Both the position numbers and the translations under genes were made by a program. Positions 27,716-37,670 of a DNA stretch of 64,000 nt are shown one piece after another. The notes under the pieces are model-generated. The model was not told where the DNA came from and made no database searches. It was given only the letters and a program-made list of their open reading frames with translations. Every line of letters begins with the position of its first letter. Within the stretch, counting starts at the first letter, position 1. The DNA comes from a virus (Duplodnaviria; Heunggongvirae; Uroviricota; Caudoviricetes). Location: the IMG/VR virus record IMGVR_UViG_3300026549_002453. One strand, given 5' to 3'.

Positions 27716-30700
27716 ATGCGAAAAATATTGAGTAAATTTTTAATGATTATTATGCTATTTACATTATTTCCAACTAGTGTATTGGCACAAACAATTACTG
27801 CTATTACGAATGATTATAATGATTTAGCAATTAACTATGTCCAATTTGATAGGTTAGACTTAACAAAAGCCGAAATTAGTACTACAGGAAACATAAAAGT
27901 GTCTAGGGGGACATTTCCTCAAGTACAAAATGGTAAGACTCCTGAAGATGGGTTAGTATATCCCCATGTCGTAATATATTATGAGGGTCCATTAACTTGG
28001 GGAACAGCAAATAGAACAGCCACAGAAAATGCAAAATTAGGAATTACATCTGTGAATGGTTCTATAACTATGAGATTTCCTAAAATGGCCACATTATCCG
28101 ACGGTACAAAGGCTGATATTTTAATAGATATTAGTGATATTAAGGTTGGGGCATCAGCGAAACCTGAAACTATAGATAATAATACAAAGGTATTTTTTCC
28201 ATTAATCAACAGTGGTATTGTTGTAGAAAATCCTCCAAATTTTCAATATATTTGCGGAGGACCTAGAACAGTTTTAGATGATGTCACATCAACTCTTACA
28301 AGAGCTCAATTCACGCACACTAACAATACTACTATCAAAGTGGTCAAGCCAGGAACTACTACTCCAATTGATACATCTAAATATCCAACTATGCTATTCG
28401 GCGCATATGACTTAGACGTACAAAGCGCAGATATTGCAACAGGTAAGGAGTCTTCTGAACAATATGCTGGATTGTATAGTGAGGGATTTGAACTATTATC
28501 AGGGTTCAATAGTCCACTTTATCTTACTGAAAATACTCTCTGTGTAGTTGAAACAGTAAATGGCAACACAAAAATCAGAGGTACAATGATTGATGGATCA
28601 ACTACCAATAGCGGATTTGTGGCATCCGCCAACCCAGCTGGATTTTCTGTTAAATGGAGTGGTTCGCAGAATTCAAGTGCAACAATTATCGGATCAACAA
28701 TGGGAACTACTTTATCTAATTTTGCAAATGTTGCTGTAACTGCGACATCTGGTGAAGGTGGTTCGATAGAAAAGTCTGGGAATACCTCTTATTTAATAAA
28801 TTCTCAAATTTAATAAATTCTCAAACAACATATGATTATACTCCTTCAGAGGGATATAAAGTAAAATCATTAAAAGTAGACGGTACCGATATAGATTTCG
28901 ATAAAAATGGTGGTACATATACTTTTGAAAAATTAGTACCTAAGACAGATAAACAACCATATACTATTGATGTACAGTTTGAAAGAAAAGATTATCATGT
29001 AGTATATAAGAGTGATGAGGGTGGCTCTATTACGGGTAAAATAGAAGAATATAAAGACCCAAATGAAACTACCACCGGTACAACTCAACAAGATAAAGAA
29101 GACTATAGATTTACTCATTATATAGCAGATAAGGATATTACCCTTACTGATGGAACTACTATTGATAAGGGTGAACCCATTACAGAAGAACAAATTTCAA
29201 AAGTGGTAGTTAATTCAGATTTAGAATTTACTGCTATTCACGAAAAATTGCATAATGTATATTATGTAGCAGAAGATGGCGGAGTTATCACTGGTAAAGA
29301 GCATGAAGTGAGGTCAGAAAATGAAACTTCTACCGGCTCAAGTCAAGAACCAAATGAAGGTTATAGATTCCTCAACTGGAAGGTTGATAGTGATATTACT
29401 CTTAAAGACGGTACAACTATTACAGCAGGTAGCATCGTTACTATGGAAGACATGGAAAATGCTATAGTTGACCACGATATTACATTTACTGCCCATTATG
29501 AAAAAATTCCTAAGTTGGTTGTTGAAAAAATAGCAGATAAGGAAAAATATGGTGTAGATGAAGACATACTATACACCATTACCCTAAATCAAACTGTAGA
29601 AAATGCGGTGGCAAAAAATGTAGTTATTACTGATACCCTACCTGATGGTGTTGAAATAGTCAGTGAACTCACAGTAACTGCGGATATAACAGATATGATT
29701 ACAGATGTTCAATTTAATGAGAAGAGCTTTACGGTAAAAGTTAAGGAATTGGCAGATGCTAATAAGATAACAATTTCATTTACAGCTAAAGCTAATAAAG
29801 AGGTCGTAGTGACACCAGAAGTATTAAATACTGTAGGAGTAGAAGCAAGTAATGCAGAATCTGTAGAGGATGAAGTAGTTGTAGCTAGAGTTGTTAATAT
29901 ATTTACAAAAATAACAAATGGAACTATTGATGAAGACCTCATAGATACTCCGGTAGGAACTACTGTAGCTAGAACCTATACTCCAAATGAAGGATATTAC
30001 ATCAAAGAAATAAGAGTTAATGGGGTACCCGTAAATGTAGAGGACCATCCTGCTTCATATGTATTTGAAGATGTCACTGACGACCAAGATATAGAAGTTA
30101 TATGTGAAAAAATTTCTTATGAAATTACTACTGAAGTAAAAAATGGTACTATCGACAGTGGTGGCAAGGTATTTGTAGGAGATGACTCTACTATAACTTA
30201 TGAACCACAAAAAGGATATAAACTTAAATCTATTGAAGTAGATGGCGTAGAAGTAGATATTAATGAATTTGCTTCTTCTTATAGCTTCTTAGATATACAG
30301 GAAAATCACCATATTAAAGTGGTTTATGAACCAATTCCAGTTGAACCAGAACCACTTCCAGACCCAGTAGACCCTGAAACCTATACTGTAACATTTGTGG
30401 ATGGATATGGTGCTACCCTTAAAGTACAGGATGGCATTCCTTTACACGGAAGTGCAATAGCACCCGAAAATCCGGTTCACGATGGAATGACGTTTAAAGG
30501 ATGGGACATTGCTTTTGATGATATTACTAAAAATATTACAGTTACGGCTCAATGGGAACCGCTTCCTACTGAAGTAACTTATAAGGTAACAACAGAAGTA
30601 GAAAATGGTACTATTGACCCAAGTGTAGTTGTAAAAAAGGGTGATGACGTTACTATTAAGTTCAGCCCTAAAGATGGATATAAATTATCAAAAGTAATTA

Positions 30701-30918
30701 TTGATGGTAAAGAGATTGAACTTAAGGGTGATGAAAAAGAATATACATTCAAAGCTCTTGATAAGGATCATACAATAAAGGTAGTATATGACAAACCAGC
30801 AGTTCCAACCCCTTCAACACAGGTACCAGTAAAAACAGGAGATACCTCAAGTATAATGGGGTGGATGGTAATATTGGTTCTTTCTACCTTGGCTGTTGTT
30901 AAATTAAAAAGATTATAA
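27716..30918 (+). pseudogene. large sorted surface protein (~1061 aa if intact) split by a 17-bp tandem duplication
   Basis: Signal peptide at 27716. Stop at 28811 falls inside the perfect tandem duplication TTTAATAAATTCTCAAA x2 (28792-28825). Removing one copy joins the frame to the downstream repeat-containing ORF, which ends with PVKTGD plus a TM helix and basic tail. The region 28814-29202 is open in the downstream frame and has the same domain pattern. Confidence 0.7.
28792..28825 (+). repeat. perfect 17-bp tandem duplication (2 copies)
   Basis: TTTAATAAATTCTCAAA occupies 28792-28808 and again 28809-28825. Confidence 0.95.
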
Positions 30919-31014
30919 GAATGTAAATGTGGAGAATGGAGGTCTTAGATCCCATTCTCCCTACTGACTAACTATAAGTATGGATAAACCTAGCGGAAAG
31001 GAAAATTGATTGTT

Positions 31015-33840
31015 ATGCAATGGAAAAAGTATGTATGTTTGCTATTAAGTGTTATAATAGCAACCATGCCTATAATTTCTTTAGCAGAGGATGAGAAAAA
31101 TATAGCTGAACCAACTACAGCAGAAGAAACAGTTTCAAATGAAGAAACGAAAACTGAACCTCCAACTGTTAAAGAAACAGAGGAAGTTAAAGAAGAAACT
31201 TCAAATGAACAAGTGAATAATGAAGAAGCTAAAACTGAAAACGAGACTACAAAAGCAGAAGAACAAAAGAAATTAGAGGAACAGGAAGCCCAACAAAGGG
31301 CTGAGGAGGAAGCGAAACAAAAAGCCGACGCAGAAGCCAAAAAGAAAGCTGAAGAAGCACAGAAAAAAGCAGAAGAGGAAAAGGCTAAAGCTGAGGCGGA
31401 TAAAAAAGCAGAGGAAGAAGCTAAAAAGAAAGAAGAACAGCAAAAAGCTGAGGAAGCTAGTGCTACTCCTAATATAGAATCTTCTACAGTAGTTGTTACA
31501 AGTAATAATGGGGATACATCAGCATATAGATATGATGAAGCACAATACAACCCAGAAGTAGGAACAACTTTAAGATACCCTCTTTCAATGCAAGGGACTC
31601 TTACGTCATATTTTGGTAAAAGAACACCGGTTGATACCCCAATGGGGCAGAGTTCATCCGACCATATGGGAATTGATATTGCCATATCAGCTGGAACTCC
31701 AGTAATAGCAGCTGAAACAGGTGTTATTATAAGAGCATCTTGGTATGGCGGGTATGGCAATTGTATTGATATCGAACATAAAGATGGTATGGTTACTAGA
31801 TATGGGCATTTGTCTGAAATTAATGTTAAAGTTGGAGATAATGTGCTTAGAGGTCAACTTATTGGCAAAGTAGGGTCAACTGGGAGAAGTAGCGCTCCGC
31901 ATTTACATTTTGAAGTTATGCCGGACGGTAGAACACCAGTAAATCCACTTCCATTTTTAGAAGAGCCTGCTACAGATAGAGATACTCAATATTCTAATGT
32001 AAAATTTCTATTAGTAAAGAAAGATAATCTAGAAACCATTATGGACAATCTTATTTTATTTCTAGAGTCAGAAATTGAGGCAGATGCAAATCTTGAGGAT
32101 AATACCAAAATAGATGAAATATCTTTAGCAGATGAAAAAAAATCTATTAAAGAAGCAGAAAATAAAGAAATTCTAGATGAAAGTACATCCAGATATCTAG
32201 GTGAAGACATAGTAGCTTATGGCAAAATATATGCTTCTATTGGAAATGATAATTCTTCCAATTATACCATTACCACACCGTATGTTCTTGGTGGACATGA
32301 TTTAGATGTAGCAGTAGATTGTGGCGGGTTTGTAACAGAAGTATATAAACATTTTGGATATGATATAAAGTTTGGAAATGTTGGCTCTATTTATAATGAA
32401 GTTATGAATAATCATAATGGACAAGTTATATCTGAAAATTTAGGTACAACATATAACAAGGCTGAAATAGATAAATGGCTTCCTGGAGATATTATCTTCT
32501 TTAGTGATTCTGAGTGGGCATGGTCTCACGTAGCTTTATATGCCGGAAACGGACAAATCGTACACTCTAAGTGGGAAAAATCAGGAGTAATATTAGAAAA
32601 TCTATATTCTAACAACCATGTGTATAGTGGAAAAAGTGTTAAATATGTAGTGAGAATACTCACTCCAGAAGATAAAGTTCAAAATAACTTTAAGAAAACT
32701 GAAAAATCTGTATCAACAAAGTCATATGCGGGCCGTGCAGTTAATACAGGCGATATCCTATTCCAGCTAAATGAAAGATTACCGATAGAAATCAAAGATG
32801 GAAAAACACTCATAGATATTTCTAAGTATTATAATACTGGTTTACTAAAAGATGAACCAATTCTTATACAAACAAAAGAGGGTTATAATGTTGATTTTAG
32901 AATTAATAACACAGTGGAAGATATAAATGACCCAGAATTACATGAAATTAAAAACGAGTTACTTAGAAAGTATGAATTAGTTATTGATGAAGAAGTACCT
33001 CAATCTGAAATTCAACTTATCATCCCAAGTGAAAATATATCTAAAACTAAGGTAATCACTCGAATTAATAGTGAATTTGATACCTTACCATCAGATATAT
33101 ATGAATTTAATCCACTGTTTGGAATGAATCTTAACTTAGGCATAAAAGATATTACTAAAGAAAATATTACTGTTTCAGTAAATGGTAAAGAATTGCCACA
33201 TAATTATTATAGTTATAATAATGAAGTATTAACTATAAATTATTCAGCATTGTACGTAGAGACCCTTGAAATCAAAGTTACAAAAGAAAAGCATCAGCTA
33301 GAAGATTTACCAATTATCAGCAGTGTACATGGTATATCAACATGGCTCAACATAGAGGGAGATATTGATTTGATTGGACTTAATTCTTCTATAGAGGGAT
33401 GCTATTTTGTAAACTCTATGCTTGATAATAATATTCAAAGTGAGTATAGAGTACTTCCGTACAATAGGTACAACTTTACTGTAAATAAGGAAAACAATAT
33501 AGAGTCTAACCTACTTATAGATAATGAATTGGCCGACGGATATATAAGTATTCCAATTAAACAATTCTTGTCAGACTTCAAGTATACTTCTAAACTTGAC
33601 CCTCTAACTTATAGTGATGAGTCAATGTTACAAGAACTTAAGATTAATGATAAGAATTATAATATCTTTATATATGGTGAGCAGCTTAATTTGTTAGATA
33701 ATATCGACCTTGAGGATGGAGAAAAAGAGGTAAACTTCAAGGTACTAGACTATTATGAACAAGGTAGTGACAATTATTTCATAGTTTCCTATGAAGTAGA
33801 AGGGATAGGTGGATACTTTGGCATTAACATCAAAGATTAA
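31015..33840 (+). CDS. secreted bifunctional peptidoglycan hydrolase: M23 (LytM) peptidase + NlpC/P60 domain with a long E/K/A-rich linker
   Basis: Signal peptide; KAEE-type charged repeats; M23 motifs HMGIDIA...YGHL...SAPHLHFEV; NlpC/P60 Cys (VDCGGFV) and His (WSHVALYAG...IVHS). Confidence 0.85.
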   Translation: MQWKKYVCLLLSVIIATMPIISLAEDEKNIAEPTTAEETVSNEETKTEPPTVKETEEVKEETSNEQVNNEEAKTENETTKAEEQKKLEEQEAQQRAEEEAKQKADAEAKKKAEEAQKKAEEEKAKAEADKKAEEEAKKKEEQQKAEEASATPNIESSTVVVTSNNGDTSAYRYDEAQYNPEVGTTLRYPLSMQGTLTSYFGKRTPVDTPMGQSSSDHMGIDIAISAGTPVIAAETGVIIRASWYGGYGNCIDIEHKDGMVTRYGHLSEINVKVGDNVLRGQLIGKVGSTGRSSAPHLHFEVMPDGRTPVNPLPFLEEPATDRDTQYSNVKFLLVKKDNLETIMDNLILFLESEIEADANLEDNTKIDEISLADEKKSIKEAENKEILDESTSRYLGEDIVAYGKIYASIGNDNSSNYTITTPYVLGGHDLDVAVDCGGFVTEVYKHFGYDIKFGNVGSIYNEVMNNHNGQVISENLGTTYNKAEIDKWLPGDIIFFSDSEWAWSHVALYAGNGQIVHSKWEKSGVILENLYSNNHVYSGKSVKYVVRILTPEDKVQNNFKKTEKSVSTKSYAGRAVNTGDILFQLNERLPIEIKDGKTLIDISKYYNTGLLKDEPILIQTKEGYNVDFRINNTVEDINDPELHEIKNELLRKYELVIDEEVPQSEIQLIIPSENISKTKVITRINSEFDTLPSDIYEFNPLFGMNLNLGIKDITKENITVSVNGKELPHNYYSYNNEVLTINYSALYVETLEIKVTKEKHQLEDLPIISSVHGISTWLNIEGDIDLIGLNSSIEGCYFVNSMLDNNIQSEYRVLPYNRYNFTVNKENNIESNLLIDNELADGYISIPIKQFLSDFKYTSKLDPLTYSDESMLQELKINDKNYNIFIYGEQLNLLDNIDLEDGEKEVNFKVLDYYEQGSDNYFIVSYEVEGIGGYFGINIKD

Positions 33841-34702
33841 AGTAAAGTTAGTTGTTATATTGGTACTAGTATGTTTAATACTAGGATTATTGAGCACTTT
33901 AAATGTATCTATTTCATCCCTTTTACAGGGGGTAGATCTGGACAATGTAAAGGTTGAAACGGCTATTAATGGGGATGTAAAAATCTTAGATAATTCCGAA
34001 AACATTAGGGCAAAAACCTCTACGTCTGACATATCGAACACTATATTAGAGTTAGAAAACCCTGAATTAACGGAAACAGACAGTCAACTACTGGTATCTG
34101 GAGAAGTGGACTCCAATTTAATAGATAATGCTCTTAATGGTAAAGTTGGAGTTACTCATATATTTAATAAGGAAACAAAAGAGTACCTCAGGTCACAAAT
34201 TGAGTTAGAAGATAAGATGAATGATAAAATTTCAGAAGTAGTGGTAAATGAACTATCCACTACAAACTCTTCTCTCGATGAAGGTATGGTTGATGTCAGT
34301 TCTAACTCAGTAATAACAGTGTCTCCAGCTGAACAGACTACCACAGTTACACTGGAGGAGGAACTAAAGTCAAAGCTCGATTATTTACAACCTGTATCAA
34401 TTAGTGATAAGGTAAAAGAAATAACTGTAAATAATAACAAGTATGTGTTAGGAACTACAAAATTTACTGAAGATGCAAAGGCTCAAGAAAATGTGAAATT
34501 TATTGTAGATGATGGGATTATTTATGGAGTACGGGGAAAATCGGGCGACGTAAAGTATCTGGCAGAAGAAGACCTAAAAAAGGAGTTGGGGGAACCTACC
34601 GTAATTCATGATACAAAATATTGGAAGGTAGCGGTTGACAACGAAGAAATAAATATAGCTTTAACAAAGGATTCAATTGATGTATTATATAAACACAATT
34701 AA
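33809..34702 (+). CDS. secreted/membrane-anchored hypothetical protein
   Basis: N-terminal hydrophobic segment; overlaps the upstream gene end. Confidence 0.45.
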   Translation: MDTLALTSKIKVKLVVILVLVCLILGLLSTLNVSISSLLQGVDLDNVKVETAINGDVKILDNSENIRAKTSTSDISNTILELENPELTETDSQLLVSGEVDSNLIDNALNGKVGVTHIFNKETKEYLRSQIELEDKMNDKISEVVVNELSTTNSSLDEGMVDVSSNSVITVSPAEQTTTVTLEEELKSKLDYLQPVSISDKVKEITVNNNKYVLGTTKFTEDAKAQENVKFIVDDGIIYGVRGKSGDVKYLAEEDLKKELGEPTVIHDTKYWKVAVDNEEINIALTKDSIDVLYKHN

Positions 34703-34725
34703 GAAAATAAGAAAGGATGTACAAA

Positions 34726-34890
34726 ATGGATTTTAGTTATAAAGATGCACTTAGAGAAGATATTAAGTTATCAGAGATGGAAGAATCTATGGAAACCAAC
34801 CCAAGGGGTCAAACCCAAATTACGGAGTTAAAGGCCTTCTGTGAAAATTTTCCCATAGATACCTATCTTGGAAAGGAGAATAATGTATAA
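34726..34890 (+). CDS. hypothetical small protein (54 aa)
   Basis: GAAAGGA RBS then ATG 34726; below the ORF-track length cutoff. Confidence 0.3.
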   Translation: MDFSYKDALREDIKLSEMEESMETNPRGQTQITELKAFCENFPIDTYLGKENNV

Positions 34891-35797
34891 ACTACAATCC
34901 TCAGACAAGACTAATGGTCACTTTGTGGCTGCCTTAGAAACCAATCCTGAATTTTTAAAAGAACTCTCTTCAAAGTGGACCCCTGACATGCTTAGATATT
35001 TTATTTTTCATGAAGAAGTAAATGAAAAACAATTTAAAATTTTAGGGTCCACTCTAAGTTGTGGAGATAACTTGGGGACGCCTCTTCTGGAGAGTGAAGC
35101 GAGATTCTTATGGTTCGTGTTATGTGTCAATTTTGCACATTATAACAAGGAAATTGGATTAAAAATTTCAACACCTGTTCATGCTAAATATTTATATGAC
35201 CTGTGCGAAGGCGAGTATAAAAATTTAGATTTGGAAAATGACCATAGTGAGAAAAAGCACCGTGAGGCATACTGCAGGTTTTTAGCTAGACATACTTGTC
35301 TCTATCCAGAGAAAAATATATACTGGGAAATTCCTGTTAGCTTCTATAAAAATCATTGTATGGTGGCGGGAGCGTGGGCAACATTTGCCATTGCTACTAT
35401 TGGAGATACTAAAGTCAAAATTCCTCGCAGTATATTTTTGAAATTTTTTGCATCTTCCATTTCAGAAGGTAAGGTTGTGGCTAACGACTCAAAAGAGATT
35501 AGGCTGTTCTTTGATGAATCTATAAGTGAACCTGTATGGGACACCCTTAAGTATATGGGGTACAACCTTCATAGTAAAATAATTATGCACGACGGTGTGG
35601 ACTACTATTATGATGATAACATGGACAAGGGTTTGTGTGCTCACCTTCTTAATAAAACTGCAGTATTATGGCAAAACGAAGAAGAAAAAGTATATTGGAA
35701 CGAAATTCAGCCCAACACCTATCATTATCTAAGGAGAGATGAAGAGTATGTTCCTACCAAACCTATAGGCAATATTATTTATGTTTATAAAAATTAG
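34883..35797 (+). CDS. hypothetical protein
   Basis: AAGGAG RBS before ATG 34883. Confidence 0.45.
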   Translation: MYKLQSSDKTNGHFVAALETNPEFLKELSSKWTPDMLRYFIFHEEVNEKQFKILGSTLSCGDNLGTPLLESEARFLWFVLCVNFAHYNKEIGLKISTPVHAKYLYDLCEGEYKNLDLENDHSEKKHREAYCRFLARHTCLYPEKNIYWEIPVSFYKNHCMVAGAWATFAIATIGDTKVKIPRSIFLKFFASSISEGKVVANDSKEIRLFFDESISEPVWDTLKYMGYNLHSKIIMHDGVDYYYDDNMDKGLCAHLLNKTAVLWQNEEEKVYWNEIQPNTYHYLRRDEEYVPTKPIGNIIYVYKN

Positions 35798-35811
35798 TGA
35801 AAGGAGAATAT

Positions 35812-36531
35812 ATGGATTTTAGATTTTTAAGGCAACCTGTAGAAGGATTGGACCCTTTACGAGCTAACTCCCGATATTTTACGGAAGCAGACGAAGGGTA
35901 CAGTTATACGGATTTTTATAAATATAAAATGGCCCGTTCAGCTGCAGAGTACTTTAAGGCTCTAGTCTTTAAGCTGGATAATAGGAGTACTGATGGTAAA
36001 GGACTATACTCTTATGATAAGGAAGATGACTATATAGACCAGGAGGCCACTAGTAAAAATAGAGGCCCTTATGCAGACAAGTTCCTATTGTTCGAAGAAC
36101 AATGGCAGGCATATAAAAAACAGAATTTAGACCAAGAGTTTAAGCCTCAGGAGAGCATAGAAAATACCGACTCAGAAGAACTAGGATTGAGTGAATTTAA
36201 TCCATCAATTTCTTGCTCATTGGATGAAGCCATTCAGGCTTATTATTGTGCTTCTGAAATTCTTGCAAGGTATGATAAGAAAAAGGGGGACAGATATGAC
36301 TCTCTTCCTAAGTCCACTAAATACGTATCTAAGGATGAATACAAGGAGAAGCATGAAATATTTAGAAAACAGCTGAGAGAAAAATTAGGTCTCCCTGAGG
36401 ATGATACCTTTAAGGTATATAAACATGAAATAAGGCCCAGAATGAAACCCGGTAAGCGTCCAGAGGCTACAGATGACTCTAAGTTCCAGGAATATTCCAA
36501 GGAATTTACGAAGTTTATTATTAATGACTAA
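35812..36531 (+). CDS. hypothetical protein
   Basis: AAGGAG RBS before ATG 35812. Confidence 0.45.
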   Translation: MDFRFLRQPVEGLDPLRANSRYFTEADEGYSYTDFYKYKMARSAAEYFKALVFKLDNRSTDGKGLYSYDKEDDYIDQEATSKNRGPYADKFLLFEEQWQAYKKQNLDQEFKPQESIENTDSEELGLSEFNPSISCSLDEAIQAYYCASEILARYDKKKGDRYDSLPKSTKYVSKDEYKEKHEIFRKQLREKLGLPEDDTFKVYKHEIRPRMKPGKRPEATDDSKFQEYSKEFTKFIIND

Positions 36532-36598
36532 ATTATAATTATATTTAATAATAATGAATATAAATTGAAGGTAATTTTTAACAGAAAGGAAATTTATT

Positions 36599-36814
36599 AT
36601 GACACTTAATGAAACAAAATTTGGAAAAATCGTAGTAGAGCTTAACAATTTTACTAATCTTATCAATCCAGAAGCTATTATGCAATTTGACAATATGACA
36701 GACAGTCAGCTTAATGCTTTGGCAGATTCTGATTCTCTTACTGGTAAGATTGCTAGTCTCTATCTTGATTTACTCGCTCAGATGAGGGAGGTTTCTGCTC
36801 CAAGAGAAGACTAA
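36599..36814 (+). CDS. hypothetical small protein
   Basis: AAAGGAA RBS. Confidence 0.35.
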   Translation: MTLNETKFGKIVVELNNFTNLINPEAIMQFDNMTDSQLNALADSDSLTGKIASLYLDLLAQMREVSAPRED

Positions 36815-36835
36815 TTTTTAAAGAAAGGAGAAATA

Positions 36836-37258
36836 ATGAAGATAAACCCCAATCTAATACAAAGTAGAGATATGGAAAATCAGTTATCTAATCTACCAGA
36901 AAATATAGAGGAATTTGATGAAAAAGATTGGAGGACTTTTATTGCAGAAGTTTTTCTTCCCATCATCAATTCATTCCATTCTGAAGAATTGGATAAAGAT
37001 GCTACAAGCTTTGATTTATCTTTTCCTCGCGTTCTATCTACTAACAAAAAAGGGGCATCAGAGTTTACTTTAAAAGCTTACAATAAAAATAAAAGCGATT
37101 TTAACCCAATTATAATTGTAACTCCAACATTAGTGGATGCAATTGAAGAATTTAATATACCATTTAGGGGTACTGAAGATAAAGTAAATTTTGAAGAAAC
37201 TATGTCTTATTTAAAAGATAAGATAACAATTTATTATCCCGCTGGAGAAATAGAATGA
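36836..37258 (+). CDS. hypothetical protein
   Basis: AAGGAG RBS. Confidence 0.4.
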   Translation: MKINPNLIQSRDMENQLSNLPENIEEFDEKDWRTFIAEVFLPIINSFHSEELDKDATSFDLSFPRVLSTNKKGASEFTLKAYNKNKSDFNPIIIVTPTLVDAIEEFNIPFRGTEDKVNFEETMSYLKDKITIYYPAGEIE

Positions 37259-37276
37259 AGAAAAGAGGTGAGTAGA

Positions 37277-37657
37277 ATGTTTGACATTGTAGCAAGAAAA
37301 GATTTTAGACAGTTGTTTGATGAGATGTTCGACACAACTAGAAAATCAATAACAACAGATTTTAAAGAAAAAGACGGAAAGTGTACATTAGTTTCTCAAT
37401 TGGCAGGATTTGATAAAGATGACATTAAGATTACTCTTAATGGTGGATATTTGACAATCCTTGCTGAAAAGAAAGAGGATAACTCAGACGAGTATTCTCA
37501 TAAAGAAAGTTATAGTAAAATGAGCAGAAGTTTCTATGTAGGTAGGGATTTCTCAGAAGAAGACTTTACTGCTAAATTTGAAAATGGCTTACTCACAATA
37601 GAATTTGATAAAAAAGAGCCGAAGCAGATTGAAGTGAAAACAATCGAAGTAGAATAA
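37277..37657 (+). CDS. small heat-shock protein, Hsp20/alpha-crystallin family
   Basis: The alpha-crystallin domain pattern (DIKITLNGGYLTILAEKKEE...SYSKMSRSFYVG...ENGLLTIEFDKKEP) matches Hsp20 proteins. Confidence 0.6.
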   Translation: MFDIVARKDFRQLFDEMFDTTRKSITTDFKEKDGKCTLVSQLAGFDKDDIKITLNGGYLTILAEKKEDNSDEYSHKESYSKMSRSFYVGRDFSEEDFTAKFENGLLTIEFDKKEPKQIEVKTIEVE

Positions 37658-37670
37658 GAAAGGATAATGT

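Noticed and set aside
29203-30918. Independent GTG-start gene as given in the ORF track
   Set aside because: The same frame is open and protein-like back to 28813 with no start codon. It is the downstream half of the gene split by the 17-bp duplication, not a separate gene.
30990-31760. 256-aa minus-strand ORF
   Set aside because: It runs antisense through the E/K/A-rich repeat of the hydrolase gene. It has a low-complexity A/S/F composition that mirrors the sense-strand repeats and no RBS. It is a typical shadow ORF.
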